Source: Candidatus Bathyarchaeota archaeon | GTDB lineage: Archaea; Thermoproteota; Bathyarchaeia; Bathyarchaeales; Bathycorpusculaceae | Direction: 5' to 3' | Assembly (NCBI GenBank): GCA_963827165.1 | Contig: CAWGZR010000005.1 | Coordinates: 1 to 64,000 of the forward strand | Length of the DNA stretch: 64,000 nt | Shown: positions 38,111 through 46,913 of the stretch, piece after piece | Layout of the letters: each line of letters begins with the position of its first letter | How positions within the stretch are numbered: position 1 is the stretch's first letter | Notes under the pieces: model-generated | The model's input: the letters and a program-made list of their open reading frames with translations, nothing else | What the model was told of the DNA's origin: nothing | Databases searched by the model: none | Made by a program: the position numbers and the translations under genes

Positions 38111-38297
38111 TGACAGAACGCTCACTCCAAGAATTTTTCTCCATCAACACAGGGCAAAAATGACAGTAGGTAATCAGGACCAAACAGTGGCAGAAAAGCG
38201 GGTCCTGAAAAGCATGGACTTTTCCCATGCCCTAAGCATACTGCTGAAATGTCTTTTGAACAGGTTTTAACAGCCATTAGCGCAGAAATAACCGAAG

Positions 38298-39209
38298 TCA
38301 AACGGTGTACTCCCCAAGTTTTCTCTGTCCTTCAGCCAGCTTTTGCGGGTCAGCCTCATCATCTACTCGCCCAAGGGCTTCAATTAGCTGCTCAAATTTA
38401 ATCTCAAGCCGATCCAATTTCTTATCGATCCGCTTGACTTTCTCAGGCATCTGCATATAATCAATCGCCGCATCTTTGCCGATGTTCTCAAGCTCGCCTT
38501 CGCCCCAGCTGTGATCAATCTTGCGACGCCCCGCTCTAACACTGAAGTATCTGCCAAACAGTTTCGCGATAGGATCCTCAACAGCCATTTCGCCGCCACA
38601 AAATGCTCCCTCAGCTAAGATAACTCCGTATTTCTTAGCTAAAGCCACCGCAATGCGATTACTCAGGTTCATGGCTAAGCCGTAAACTTCCGCCGGGTTC
38701 TTACCTCGAATCACCGGCACATGAACAATCCAACTCTTTGAAGTATGCCTAACCTTAACACCCTGCTCCAAACCCAAAAGAGCCGTCCAATTCTGCATCT
38801 CCACAGCCTTAAACTTCCCATCAGGATAACGCCCCTCTGCCAAAATCTTAAAAGACACTTGGCACTTGTCCAGCCGGTGCAACTCGCCAGGAAAAACTCT
38901 GCCCTCACATGACTTGAGAAGATTTGAGCCCTCGGTTGTAAGGGCATAAAAGGTTGCGCTGCTGCGTTTCTCCTGGTAGATTAGGCCTGCTTTTTGTAGC
39001 TTGCCGATGTAGTACCATACGTGGGAACGGCTTAAACCCAAGATTCTGCCAGCTTGAGTGGGGTAATCACCTGCATAAATGCGCTTCATCAAAGGAAGAA
39101 CCCATGTGCGGACTTTATCGCTGTCAAACTGCACGCTACCTGTGGCTTGATGTCTAGTTGTACTTTGAGCATTTTCAGCACCAACTTTTGTACTTTGATT
39201 TTCAACCAA
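38298..39209 (-). CDS. wHTH + conserved acidic domain + coiled coil; candidate replication/regulatory protein
   Basis: YPTQAGRILGLSRSHVWYYIGKL...FYALT; HRLD; IDHSWGEGELE. Confidence 0.75.
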   Translation of the reverse strand: MVENQSTKVGAENAQSTTRHQATGSVQFDSDKVRTWVLPLMKRIYAGDYPTQAGRILGLSRSHVWYYIGKLQKAGLIYQEKRSSATFYALTTEGSNLLKSCEGRVFPGELHRLDKCQVSFKILAEGRYPDGKFKAVEMQNWTALLGLEQGVKVRHTSKSWIVHVPVIRGKNPAEVYGLAMNLSNRIAVALAKKYGVILAEGAFCGGEMAVEDPIAKLFGRYFSVRAGRRKIDHSWGEGELENIGKDAAIDYMQMPEKVKRIDKKLDRLEIKFEQLIEALGRVDDEADPQKLAEGQRKLGEYTV

Positions 39210-39212
39210 AAA

Positions 39213-39458
39213 TCAAGCCTCCAGCCGGTTGGATAAGGAGTCATTTATTTTCGCTTTGATCTCCTCCTCGAAAGCATCAACAGAAAGCGTTAGGTCATCT
39301 AACGAAATGCAAAGTTTTCTATTTTCTTCCCAAAGTAGCCGATTTTCTTTTTCCAGAACCGCAATCCTTTCTTCATATGTTAGTAGGACGCGCTGAACTT
39401 CTTGCAAAACATCCGATCTAATTCTGTCCCTTATTGAACCGTCGCCATTTTGAATCAT
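39213..39458 (-). CDS. coiled-coil viral protein
   Basis: Heptads EERIAVLEKENRLLWEENRKL; ATGA overlap with the upstream gene. Confidence 0.7.
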   Translation of the reverse strand: MIQNGDGSIRDRIRSDVLQEVQRVLLTYEERIAVLEKENRLLWEENRKLCISLDDLTLSVDAFEEEIKAKINDSLSNRLEA

Positions 39459-39724
39459 CGGTACCTGCCTCCAAAACGTCTACGCTCAAGAACTCCCCGC
39501 CCAGAACAAGAACCGCCGCCATGCGTACAATGCCGATTAGCAAAACTGTACCGCTTACACGAAATATCAGTTCCATCAGCAAACGCCAACTTTGCGAACT
39601 TGCAGAAAAACAAGTCCTTGGAACAAGTATCCATGACAGCGCAGTCTTTCGACTGAAGATTACTTATGCAAGGATAATATCCAAGAAGACACGGAGGCTT
39701 AAACGAATCAGCGACAAAGCTCAT
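39455..39724 (-). CDS. Cys-rich small viral protein
   Basis: Multiple Cys; GGAGG SD; coupled to the downstream gene. Confidence 0.55.
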   Translation of the reverse strand: MSFVADSFKPPCLLGYYPCISNLQSKDCAVMDTCSKDLFFCKFAKLAFADGTDISCKRYSFANRHCTHGGGSCSGRGVLERRRFGGRYR

Positions 39725-39888
39725 TTAGGGCTGCCTCCTCTGGGCTGAAACTTAGAGCAAACGCTGCTTGAAGATAGCTGATTAATCGACTTCTTACCCT
39801 TCAAAGCGGGCTCAGAGCAGCGCCCACACCAAAAAACACAGTCCACACAACGAGGTTCTTCAACCTTCTGATTCTCAGTAAAATCTAA
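39721..39888 (-). CDS. Cys-rich zinc-binding microprotein; start uncertain
   Basis: Frame ...EEPRCVDCVFWCGRCSEP...VCSKFQPRGGSPK* ends in ATGA overlap with 39724. Confidence 0.4.
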   Translation of the reverse strand, partial: LDFTENQKVEEPRCVDCVFWCGRCSEPALKGKKSINQLSSSSVCSKFQPRGGSPK

Positions 39889-40180
39889 GAGCCTAAAAAA
39901 AGAGAAAAAATCAGTACCTTTTCTTGGCTGGGTTGGTGGGGCTGCCCGTCCCTAAACCCATTTGAGAGTGTGTGAAAACTCAAATTCAGTTTTAGAAATT
40001 GCGCCTTATATGAAAAAAACAACTCACACTTCGCCCAAATCATCATTAAAACAGCAATTTTCTGAAATTGAAAATGGTTTTTACACAGTCTCGTTTTGGG
40101 GTAAGCCCGGTCCGGCTCGCCATACAAATCTTTGTTCAGACCACTCTACCTCTGTTTTTTGGCTTTTTCACCATTTGATT

Positions 40181-41201
40181 TGTAGTCACCTCAGACGTTA
40201 AATATAAATAATGTAGTCACCAATTATAATTTGTGCACATTGAAATTAGGGAAAAAAACGGTTCAAAAAAATATTACCTTGCCCATTCCTTCAGGGATGC
40301 CGACAGCGTTAAGAAAGTTCGTGTTTTTCTCGGTAGAGACTTGACCAATGAAGCTCTTCTGTTGCGTAAGAAAAGCGCTGAAGCAGAACTTAAACAAAGA
40401 GTCAAGAAAGCAAAGGCGATAAACAGCCCTTTCTTTACTGTTCTATCGCCCATTGAGTTAAAGGAACTTGCAACGCTGGAGGTGCGTGGGGAGCTGCGCG
40501 TGCGCCATCTTTCAGAGTCTGATTGGACCAAGTTCAAGGAAACCTTCACTTACGACACAAACGCCATAGAAGGTTCTCGCGTAGACGTCAACGAAGTGAA
40601 AAATATTCTGGAAAACAAAGGTTGGCCTCAAGATAAAGGCAAAGAAGATATCGCTGAAACCTTCGGGGTGGCAGATGCAGTTGACTATATACGATCAACA
40701 AACGAGCACATCTCTTTAAAGCTTATCCAAGAACTCCATCTCACAGTCTTCAAGAATTCAAAACATTTTGCAGGAGATTTCCGCGAAAAAGGTGTAGAAG
40801 TGGTGGTCGCGGATGCCTTGGGCAATATTGTTCATCCGGGAGCTCCGTCGCAACATATTGAGCCATTGCTTAAAGAGTTAGTGCGATGGTATAACAAAAA
40901 CAAAACAAAGTGCCCGCCTCTTGTTTTGGCTGCTGTAGTTCATAACCAATTTGAAGTCATTCACCCCTTCCAAGATGGCAACGGGAGAGTCGGGCGACTA
41001 TTGCTAAACAACATATTACTAAAACATAATCTGCCACCCTTGAACATCGAATTAAAAAATCGAGCCCAATACTACGCCGCCCTACAAGCATACGAAAAAG
41101 AAAACAACATACGCCCAACGTTGGAGCTCATGCTAAAAGAATACCGTGCCCTCAAAAAAATCATCAAATAGGTGACTACAAAAAACGGAAATGTAGTCAC
41201 C
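40181..41201. repeat. four copies of TGTAGTCACC around fic
   Basis: Direct at 40181, 40212 and 41192; inverted (GGTGACTACA) at 41171. Confidence 0.9.
40233..41171 (+). CDS. fic: Fic family protein with N-terminal basic beta domain
   Basis: HPFQDGNGRVGR catalytic motif; TNAIEG inhibitory-helix motif. Confidence 0.95.
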   Translation: MHIEIREKNGSKKYYLAHSFRDADSVKKVRVFLGRDLTNEALLLRKKSAEAELKQRVKKAKAINSPFFTVLSPIELKELATLEVRGELRVRHLSESDWTKFKETFTYDTNAIEGSRVDVNEVKNILENKGWPQDKGKEDIAETFGVADAVDYIRSTNEHISLKLIQELHLTVFKNSKHFAGDFREKGVEVVVADALGNIVHPGAPSQHIEPLLKELVRWYNKNKTKCPPLVLAAVVHNQFEVIHPFQDGNGRVGRLLLNNILLKHNLPPLNIELKNRAQYYAALQAYEKENNIRPTLELMLKEYRALKKIIK

Positions 41202-41215
41202 CAGAATTCCTGGCG

Positions 41216-41262
41216 GCTGTTTGACGTGCAGAAGGTCGCTGGTCTGAATCTGGTCCGACCTA
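41216..41262 (+). pseudogene. degenerate 3' half of tRNA-Val(GAC), att-like remnant
   Basis: GCTGT TTGACGT GCAGA AGGTC GCTGG TCTGAAT CTGGT CCGACCT A: anticodon arm, variable loop, T arm and acceptor 3' strand in register; no 5' half. Confidence 0.65.
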
Positions 41263-41833
41263 CTCCCGCGTAGAAATGCTCCATTGACTGTTTTTAAAGT
41301 ATTTTGTTATTCTTGCTCCTTTAGCTCTTTGTGGTTTGAACCCCGACACAGACTGTGTGAAAAGTCTTTTTCCTGTGATAGTCACTCACCATTAAGCTTA
41401 AAGCTAGCTTACGATTCGGCATACACCAACGAGACATACCTGACGGGCGGATAAGGGGTAAGGTGGAAAAACAAATCAATATAGCTCTAATAGCTATAGT
41501 CGGAATCGAGTATACGCCTCAGCAAAAGCGGAAGGAGCTTCACGAAGTCTAATTATGAAAACTCGTACTTTTACCTTGAATTCTAACCAGAGTTTAAGTA
41601 ATTAGATTTACAAAGCAGCAAAGATTCCTATGGGGCATCGTCCCGTTTTTTCAAAGAAAACTGGATTTAGTACCCAAACTCTTGAATTTGAAAAGTCGTT
41701 TTTGTCAAGTTTTCCTCAACAATGCATAAGTTATTTAAATCATAACAGGGCAAGCTGGAGAGCTATGGGTATGAAGCACGTGTGAATGCTTCTTCAACCC
41801 AAAAAAATAAATCGATAGGAGAAGAAAAGAAAA

Positions 41834-44497
41834 TTGAAAATAACAGAAAACAAAATTACATCCATTATGATTTCGATATTCTTAATACTTTCAATGACAG
41901 CTTCGCTAACACTAATACCGAACGTTAGAGCAACAGTAGGACTTGACATAGCAACTTTTGGCTTCATAAGCGTTGGACCTAGCCCGGTCGGAGTAGGGCA
42001 AACAGTACACTTGAACTTCTGGGTCGATAAACCGACACCTACGGCTAACGGAGCTTACGGAGATAGGTGGCAGAATCTTAAGGTTACAGTTACAAAGCCG
42101 GGTGGAACCACAGAAGTCTTGGGACCTTTCATCGCTGACGATACCGGAGGAACCTACACTACCTACGTGCCCTCCACAGCAGGCAACTATACCTTTGTCT
42201 TTAGCTTTCCAGGCCAAACAATTACAGGTTCCAATCCAGCACCAACAGGGACATCCGATCCAGCAGCAATCGGTACATATTTTGAACCTTGCACCAGCAG
42301 CCCAGTATACTTAACCGTTCAACAAAACCCGATACCGAGTTATCCATCAACCCCTTTACCAACAAACTACTGGCAAACTCCCGTATTCGCAATGAACACC
42401 GGCTGGAACGGCATAAGCGGCAACTGGCTTTCAACTGGGCTCGCATCCAGACTTAACAATGCCTTCAACGCCAGCGAAAACTTCGACCCGTATACAACGG
42501 CTCCAGCGACTGCCCACATAATGTGGACAAAACCATACGCTATAGGCGGATTAATCGGAGGAAACTATGGAGTTGCAGGTTCAGACCAATACACCAATTA
42601 TTATTCGACACCGCAATACGAACCTAAATTTACACCGCCAATCATCATAAACGGCGTACTCTACTACAACCTGTATCCTGGAAGTTCAACAAGCCTCGAA
42701 GGCTGGGTAGCCGTAGACTTATACACCGGACAAACATTATGGACCCAAAATTACACGACAATAAACTTGAGGATGGGTCAAGTACTAGATTACGTCTCAC
42801 CCAATCAGTACGGCGGCCTCGCATACTTGTGGGGCAACAACGGCAACACGTGGTCGATGTTCGATGCAATGACAGGAGACTGGATATTGAGCATTACAGG
42901 CGCACCTAACGGTCCCCAGTTCATGCTCGATTCATCCGGAAATCTAATCGCTTACTACATCAACAGTACCGCTGGCACACAAATAATCCAAGGCCAACCC
43001 GTAACTACTCCCAAAGGCGGCGCAATGCTACAATGTTGGAATGCTACAGAAGCAATTGAATACCCCACCGGATACATACCAGGACTCACAGCGATACAAT
43101 GGCAATGGAGACCGGGACAAGGAACAAGCATTCCTTGGTCATCAGGAATCATGTGGGCAGCAGCTGTAGCAACGACAATCACTGAACCAAATGGAACAGC
43201 GGTGGCACTCTCCCCTGCCCTCGGTTACACCACTTATAGCCAAGACATTACTGGCAATGACATTGTATTGTTCGCTGTTCCCGGGATATCAGGTACTTAT
43301 TCAGGCGGCTTAACTAGTTGGCAACCAGGCTGGGACATCGAAGCAGGCTACAGCTTAACAACAGGCGCGCAACTATGGATTGTTAACAGGACGCAAGTAC
43401 CCGACACAAGACTTGGCGAATGGCCTTGCTTTAACAGTGGCGAATATATTATGCCAAACTTTGAAATGATGTCAATAAGCGGCTTCAGCAGCAGCACTGG
43501 AAAACAGTTATGGGGACCAGTTTATCTAAACAGCACAGGCGACGAATGGGGCAACTACCAAGCCTATCCACTAATGGCATACGGCATCGTTTATGTCGCC
43601 GACTTAGGCGGCTACGTCTACGCTGTAAATGCTACAACAGGCGCTCGTTTATGGACTTGGAATACAGGAAGCGGCACATACGCAACACCATACAATGTCT
43701 TTCCTCTTTGGAGCATGGCACTAGTCGCAGGCGGAGACCTCTTCGTATTTGGCGGGCATGAGTACAGTCCACCATTGTTCCCCGGAGGTCAGTTATACTG
43801 TATAAACGCCACCACAGGCAACCTAAACTGGAGCATTCTTAACTTTCCAATTTCAAACGGTCCCACCACGGCAATAGCAGACGGAATCCTTACACTACCC
43901 AACGCATACGACAACCAAATCTACGCCTTCGGCAAAGGACCCAGCCAAACGACAGTAACAGCACCTTTGGTTGGAGTGACAACTTCTACACCAGTGACGA
44001 TAACAGGTTCTGTGACTGACATCTCCGCAGGATCGCAGCAGACAGCAGTTGCAGCAAACTTTCCGAACGGATTACCATGTGTTTCCGACGCTAGCATGAG
44101 CCAGTTCATGGAGGCAGTTTACGAGCAGCAGCCAATGCCAACCAACGTAACAGGGGTACCTGTAACAATCTCCGTTATAGACAGCAACAACAACAACAGA
44201 AACATCGGCACGACAACGACCGACGCCAGAGGCAACTTCGCCTTGACATGGACACCTGACATCACAGGCAACTTCACCGTCATCGCCACCTTCGCCGGAA
44301 CAGGATCATACTATGGATCCTCAGCGTCAACAGGCTTCAACGCAGCTTCACCTCCGACAACAGCAGTACCAGCACCAACAACGGTCAGCGGCTTAGCTAC
44401 TCAAAACGCAGTCATGTACATCGGCGTTGCGATAATCATTGTCATCATCGTAGGCATCGTCGCACTTGCAGCCATAATGCTCAGAAAACGACCGTAA
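41834..44497 (+). CDS. PQQ-like beta-propeller surface protein with C-terminal TM
   Basis: Repeated AVDLYTGQTLW / AVNATTGARLWTW motifs; signal peptide; TM + RKRP tail. Confidence 0.9.
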   Translation: MKITENKITSIMISIFLILSMTASLTLIPNVRATVGLDIATFGFISVGPSPVGVGQTVHLNFWVDKPTPTANGAYGDRWQNLKVTVTKPGGTTEVLGPFIADDTGGTYTTYVPSTAGNYTFVFSFPGQTITGSNPAPTGTSDPAAIGTYFEPCTSSPVYLTVQQNPIPSYPSTPLPTNYWQTPVFAMNTGWNGISGNWLSTGLASRLNNAFNASENFDPYTTAPATAHIMWTKPYAIGGLIGGNYGVAGSDQYTNYYSTPQYEPKFTPPIIINGVLYYNLYPGSSTSLEGWVAVDLYTGQTLWTQNYTTINLRMGQVLDYVSPNQYGGLAYLWGNNGNTWSMFDAMTGDWILSITGAPNGPQFMLDSSGNLIAYYINSTAGTQIIQGQPVTTPKGGAMLQCWNATEAIEYPTGYIPGLTAIQWQWRPGQGTSIPWSSGIMWAAAVATTITEPNGTAVALSPALGYTTYSQDITGNDIVLFAVPGISGTYSGGLTSWQPGWDIEAGYSLTTGAQLWIVNRTQVPDTRLGEWPCFNSGEYIMPNFEMMSISGFSSSTGKQLWGPVYLNSTGDEWGNYQAYPLMAYGIVYVADLGGYVYAVNATTGARLWTWNTGSGTYATPYNVFPLWSMALVAGGDLFVFGGHEYSPPLFPGGQLYCINATTGNLNWSILNFPISNGPTTAIADGILTLPNAYDNQIYAFGKGPSQTTVTAPLVGVTTSTPVTITGSVTDISAGSQQTAVAANFPNGLPCVSDASMSQFMEAVYEQQPMPTNVTGVPVTISVIDSNNNNRNIGTTTTDARGNFALTWTPDITGNFTVIATFAGTGSYYGSSASTGFNAASPPTTAVPAPTTVSGLATQNAVMYIGVAIIIVIIVGIVALAAIMLRKRP

Positions 44498-44622
44498 GCA
44501 ACTAAAACAACCTAAATCCCAAAACCACCTTTTTCTTTTTTTTTATTTTTTTTTTTGACTAACGTCATCCTTAGTAGGTGGAAAATAGACAAAAAAAATT
44601 TAAGCCTCAAGATAAGTCTAGG

Positions 44623-45132
44623 CTATTCTTTCTTCGTTAGTTTTGTTGCTTCTTTGATTGCTTGGACGTACACTTCTTCTTTTAGCCTGAAGCCTTCCTC
44701 TATCAACTCGTCAAGAGCCTGCAGAAATCCGTCAAATTCGATTTTCCTTTGCTTAAGAGCCATAAGCAAAACGAAAATGGTTCCCCGAGGTGTTAAGCCG
44801 AGTAAACGTGCCGCAGAACGAGCGGACACTTCATCTATGAGAACTATGTCCAAGTTTAGCTGCTTTGCAAGGGACAAAGCTTCTTCCTCTCCCTTGTCCA
44901 ACTCTATTGGTATCTCGAAAGTGTCAGCAGCCACAACTTTAATCCAGCCCCGGGCAACCGCGTTTTCAACGATGTAGGCGTCTTTTCGTCCGAGCGATTT
45001 TCCTTTTTCAACTACCTCGTTCCAAACTTCTTTTGGAATCAGGATTTCTCCAAAGAGTACTTTCAAAAGGTCTAGCTTGCCTATTTTAGCTAGGTAAATG
45101 AGGGGGGTTGAGTTGGAGACGGCGCCTGGCAC
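44623..45132 (-). CDS. PIN-domain protein (DUF3368 family)
   Basis: VSNSTPLIYL..LDKGEEEAL..VLIDE..AR..LGL..GT. Confidence 0.9.
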   Translation of the reverse strand: MPGAVSNSTPLIYLAKIGKLDLLKVLFGEILIPKEVWNEVVEKGKSLGRKDAYIVENAVARGWIKVVAADTFEIPIELDKGEEEALSLAKQLNLDIVLIDEVSARSAARLLGLTPRGTIFVLLMALKQRKIEFDGFLQALDELIEEGFRLKEEVYVQAIKEATKLTKKE

Positions 45133-45440
45133 TAGGAAGCCTTCCGTAGGCCTTTCAAATCTTCCTTAAATTCTGCCAGCGTATAAGGAACGTGAACTTC
45201 TTTTCTTTTTGCCTCATCCATCATTTCCCAAACTGACAAGCCGCATTTTCTAGCCGCCTGCCAGAGCGTTATTTTGCCTTCTTCATATTCCTGTAAGTTC
45301 TTTTCAATTAGCCAGTCCTTCGCTGCTTTCATAAGGAACCTTCGTATGACAGTAGATTTGTCCATTCCTTCTTTTTTGGCAACTTCGTCTATGATTTTGG
45401 CGAGATCATTTTCTACTCTAGTTGTTAAGGTCGTCGGCAC
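45132..45440 (-). CDS. UPF0175 family antitoxin-like protein
   Basis: N-terminal RHH-like region, YEEGKITLWQAARKCGLS; coupled to the PIN gene. Confidence 0.85.
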   Translation of the reverse strand: MPTTLTTRVENDLAKIIDEVAKKEGMDKSTVIRRFLMKAAKDWLIEKNLQEYEEGKITLWQAARKCGLSVWEMMDEAKRKEVHVPYTLAEFKEDLKGLRKAS

Positions 45441-45518
45441 ATCTTATCCCGTATTAAAATGATGCAAATAAATACTTAAGTATTCGCAGAGAAAAAAGGA
45501 ACCACTCAAAAAGTTTGT

Positions 45519-45596
45519 TGGTGGGGCTGCCCGGATTTGAACCGGAGTCTATAGAGCCCAAGTCTACAAGCCTAGACCAAGCTAGCCGACAGCCCC
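45519..45596 (-). tRNA. tRNA-Pro(TGG), CCA encoded
   Basis: GGGGCTG acceptor; GTAGA CTTGGGC TCTAT; GTTCAAATC. Confidence 0.95.
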
Positions 45597-46059
45597 GCGC
45601 GTTGCTGGCTACATTAATTTCAGCGGGGTCATAAAAACCTTAGCCACAGTCTACGCGCAGGTATAGATAGAGACATTACCGTTTTTAAGCGGTTTCACGA
45701 TCAAGACGCAGAAAAAAGCGTCTATGAAAAGCATGATTGGAAATATAGGGGATATTTGATTTCTCTTTTGGAACTATACCGGTTGTTCCATGTATTTGGG
45801 AGTCTATCTATCCATCGCTCAATCCACTTAGGAACTCTATTTACCAATGCTGCATTCTTATAATTTAAGAAAATCTCTAATAAAAATTACCAAAATCACG
45901 GTGCCTTCATTTTCAGGGCCAAAATATTGTTGACAAGGATGAAAGTTTAGTCGGGCTGCAATTTGGGTAAGATTTGAGTGCAAATCTGGAAAATCGATTA
46001 ATAATCTCCACCGTTAGAAGAAGTTGAAAACTTGAAAACAGAGAAGGGAGATTTGGAGG

Positions 46060-46302
46060 ATGAAGCAAATACAGGTGTATGTGTTGGATTTGACCAAAAT
46101 TGGTGGAAGCGGAGACCTTTGGTGTCCAGGATGTGGAAACGCGATATCTCCAGATGACTGTACCGAAGTGGGTTATTCAATTCTAGAAGCAAAGGTCAGT
46201 AATCAGAGTTTAGAGGAACTAATGGTTCGCTGCAATAAGTGTGAAAGTGAACTGCATTTGATTGGATTTTCGCTCTTACAAAAACTGGACGCGAACTTGT
46301 AA
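46060..46302 (+). CDS. small zinc-ribbon protein
   Basis: CPGC...CNKC; GGAGG SD. Confidence 0.8.
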   Translation: MKQIQVYVLDLTKIGGSGDLWCPGCGNAISPDDCTEVGYSILEAKVSNQSLEELMVRCNKCESELHLIGFSLLQKLDANL

Positions 46303-46451
46303 CCAAGCGTAGAGGCAGGAAATAACGCAACAATCTCTGCATAAAAATAGAAACAAAAAACCAGGGGAATCCGACTTGGAGAAACCGGAAAAGCAGAATT
46401 TATCTTAAGGGTCATAGTAAACCGAATTTAAGTGAAATAGTTGAAACACTA

Positions 46452-46520
46452 CGATCCGCCCCGGCAACCACTTTCTTCTTCAGGCTAACTGAAGATCGAA
46501 CGGCCGCATCTAGAGCCGCT
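46452..46520 (+). ncRNA. putative structured RNA: tRNA-like 3' end followed by two hairpins
   Basis: CCGCCCCGGCAACCA then TCTTCAG-GCTAA-CTGAAGA and CGGC-N10-GCCG. Confidence 0.35.
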
Positions 46521-46808
46521 CTCACGCTCATATTACCCCGTTATACACCTCTGTTGCCCCAACACCCGCATGCAAAAATGAGTAATTCAAAAACTAAAAG
46601 GCAAAACCAATATTCCCAAATTCGCCAGATTCCACGATTTAAGCCCCAAATCTCAGCTCTTTCGAGCACACCAAAGCAAGGGGATCCCCCTAAAATTACT
46701 CAAAAATGAATAATTGAATAGCAAGAGGCAAGAAGCCGCCAAGTTCAGGCGCACAGAGCATATGTTGGTTATGGACTTATGAAAAAAAGAAAACGAGTGG
46801 GGATGCTT

Positions 46809-46913
46809 TTACATCATTGGGTATTCTTTGACGGCGGTTGCGGGCATGGTGATTGTTTCGGTTACGCCTCTTATTGAGGAGATTTGTTCTCCTACGAAGT
46901 GGCGTCTCTGTCT
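46809..46913 (-). pseudogene. C-terminal remnant of an Lrp/AsnC-like ligand-binding domain
   Basis: RHFVGEQISSIRGVTETITMPATAVKEYPMM*, in frame after the trxB TAG. Confidence 0.45.

Larger units (their letters stand above)
12124..41262 (-). mobile_element. integrated tailed archaeal virus (Caudoviricetes, siphovirus-like) with cargo; left boundary uncertain, probably outside the window
   Basis: Ordered terS-terL-portal-minor head-protease-decoration-MCP-adaptor-tail completion-tube-chaperone-TMP-Dit-fibre; wHTH block; tRNA remnant at the right end. Confidence 0.9.

Noticed and set aside
12124-41262. Integrase or transposase within the element
   Set aside because: No ORF shows R-HxxR-Y, serine recombinase or DDE motifs
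44623-45596. TA pair plus tRNA-Pro as the provirus attachment site
   Set aside because: No duplicated tRNA-Pro 3' end seen in the window; the tRNA-Val remnant fits better, though a larger island ending at tRNA-Pro cannot be excluded
46300-46760. RNase P, SRP or 5S RNA
   Set aside because: Hallmark motifs (GAGGAAAGTCC / CAGAA..GGCTTA; SRP helix 8; 5S loops) not found
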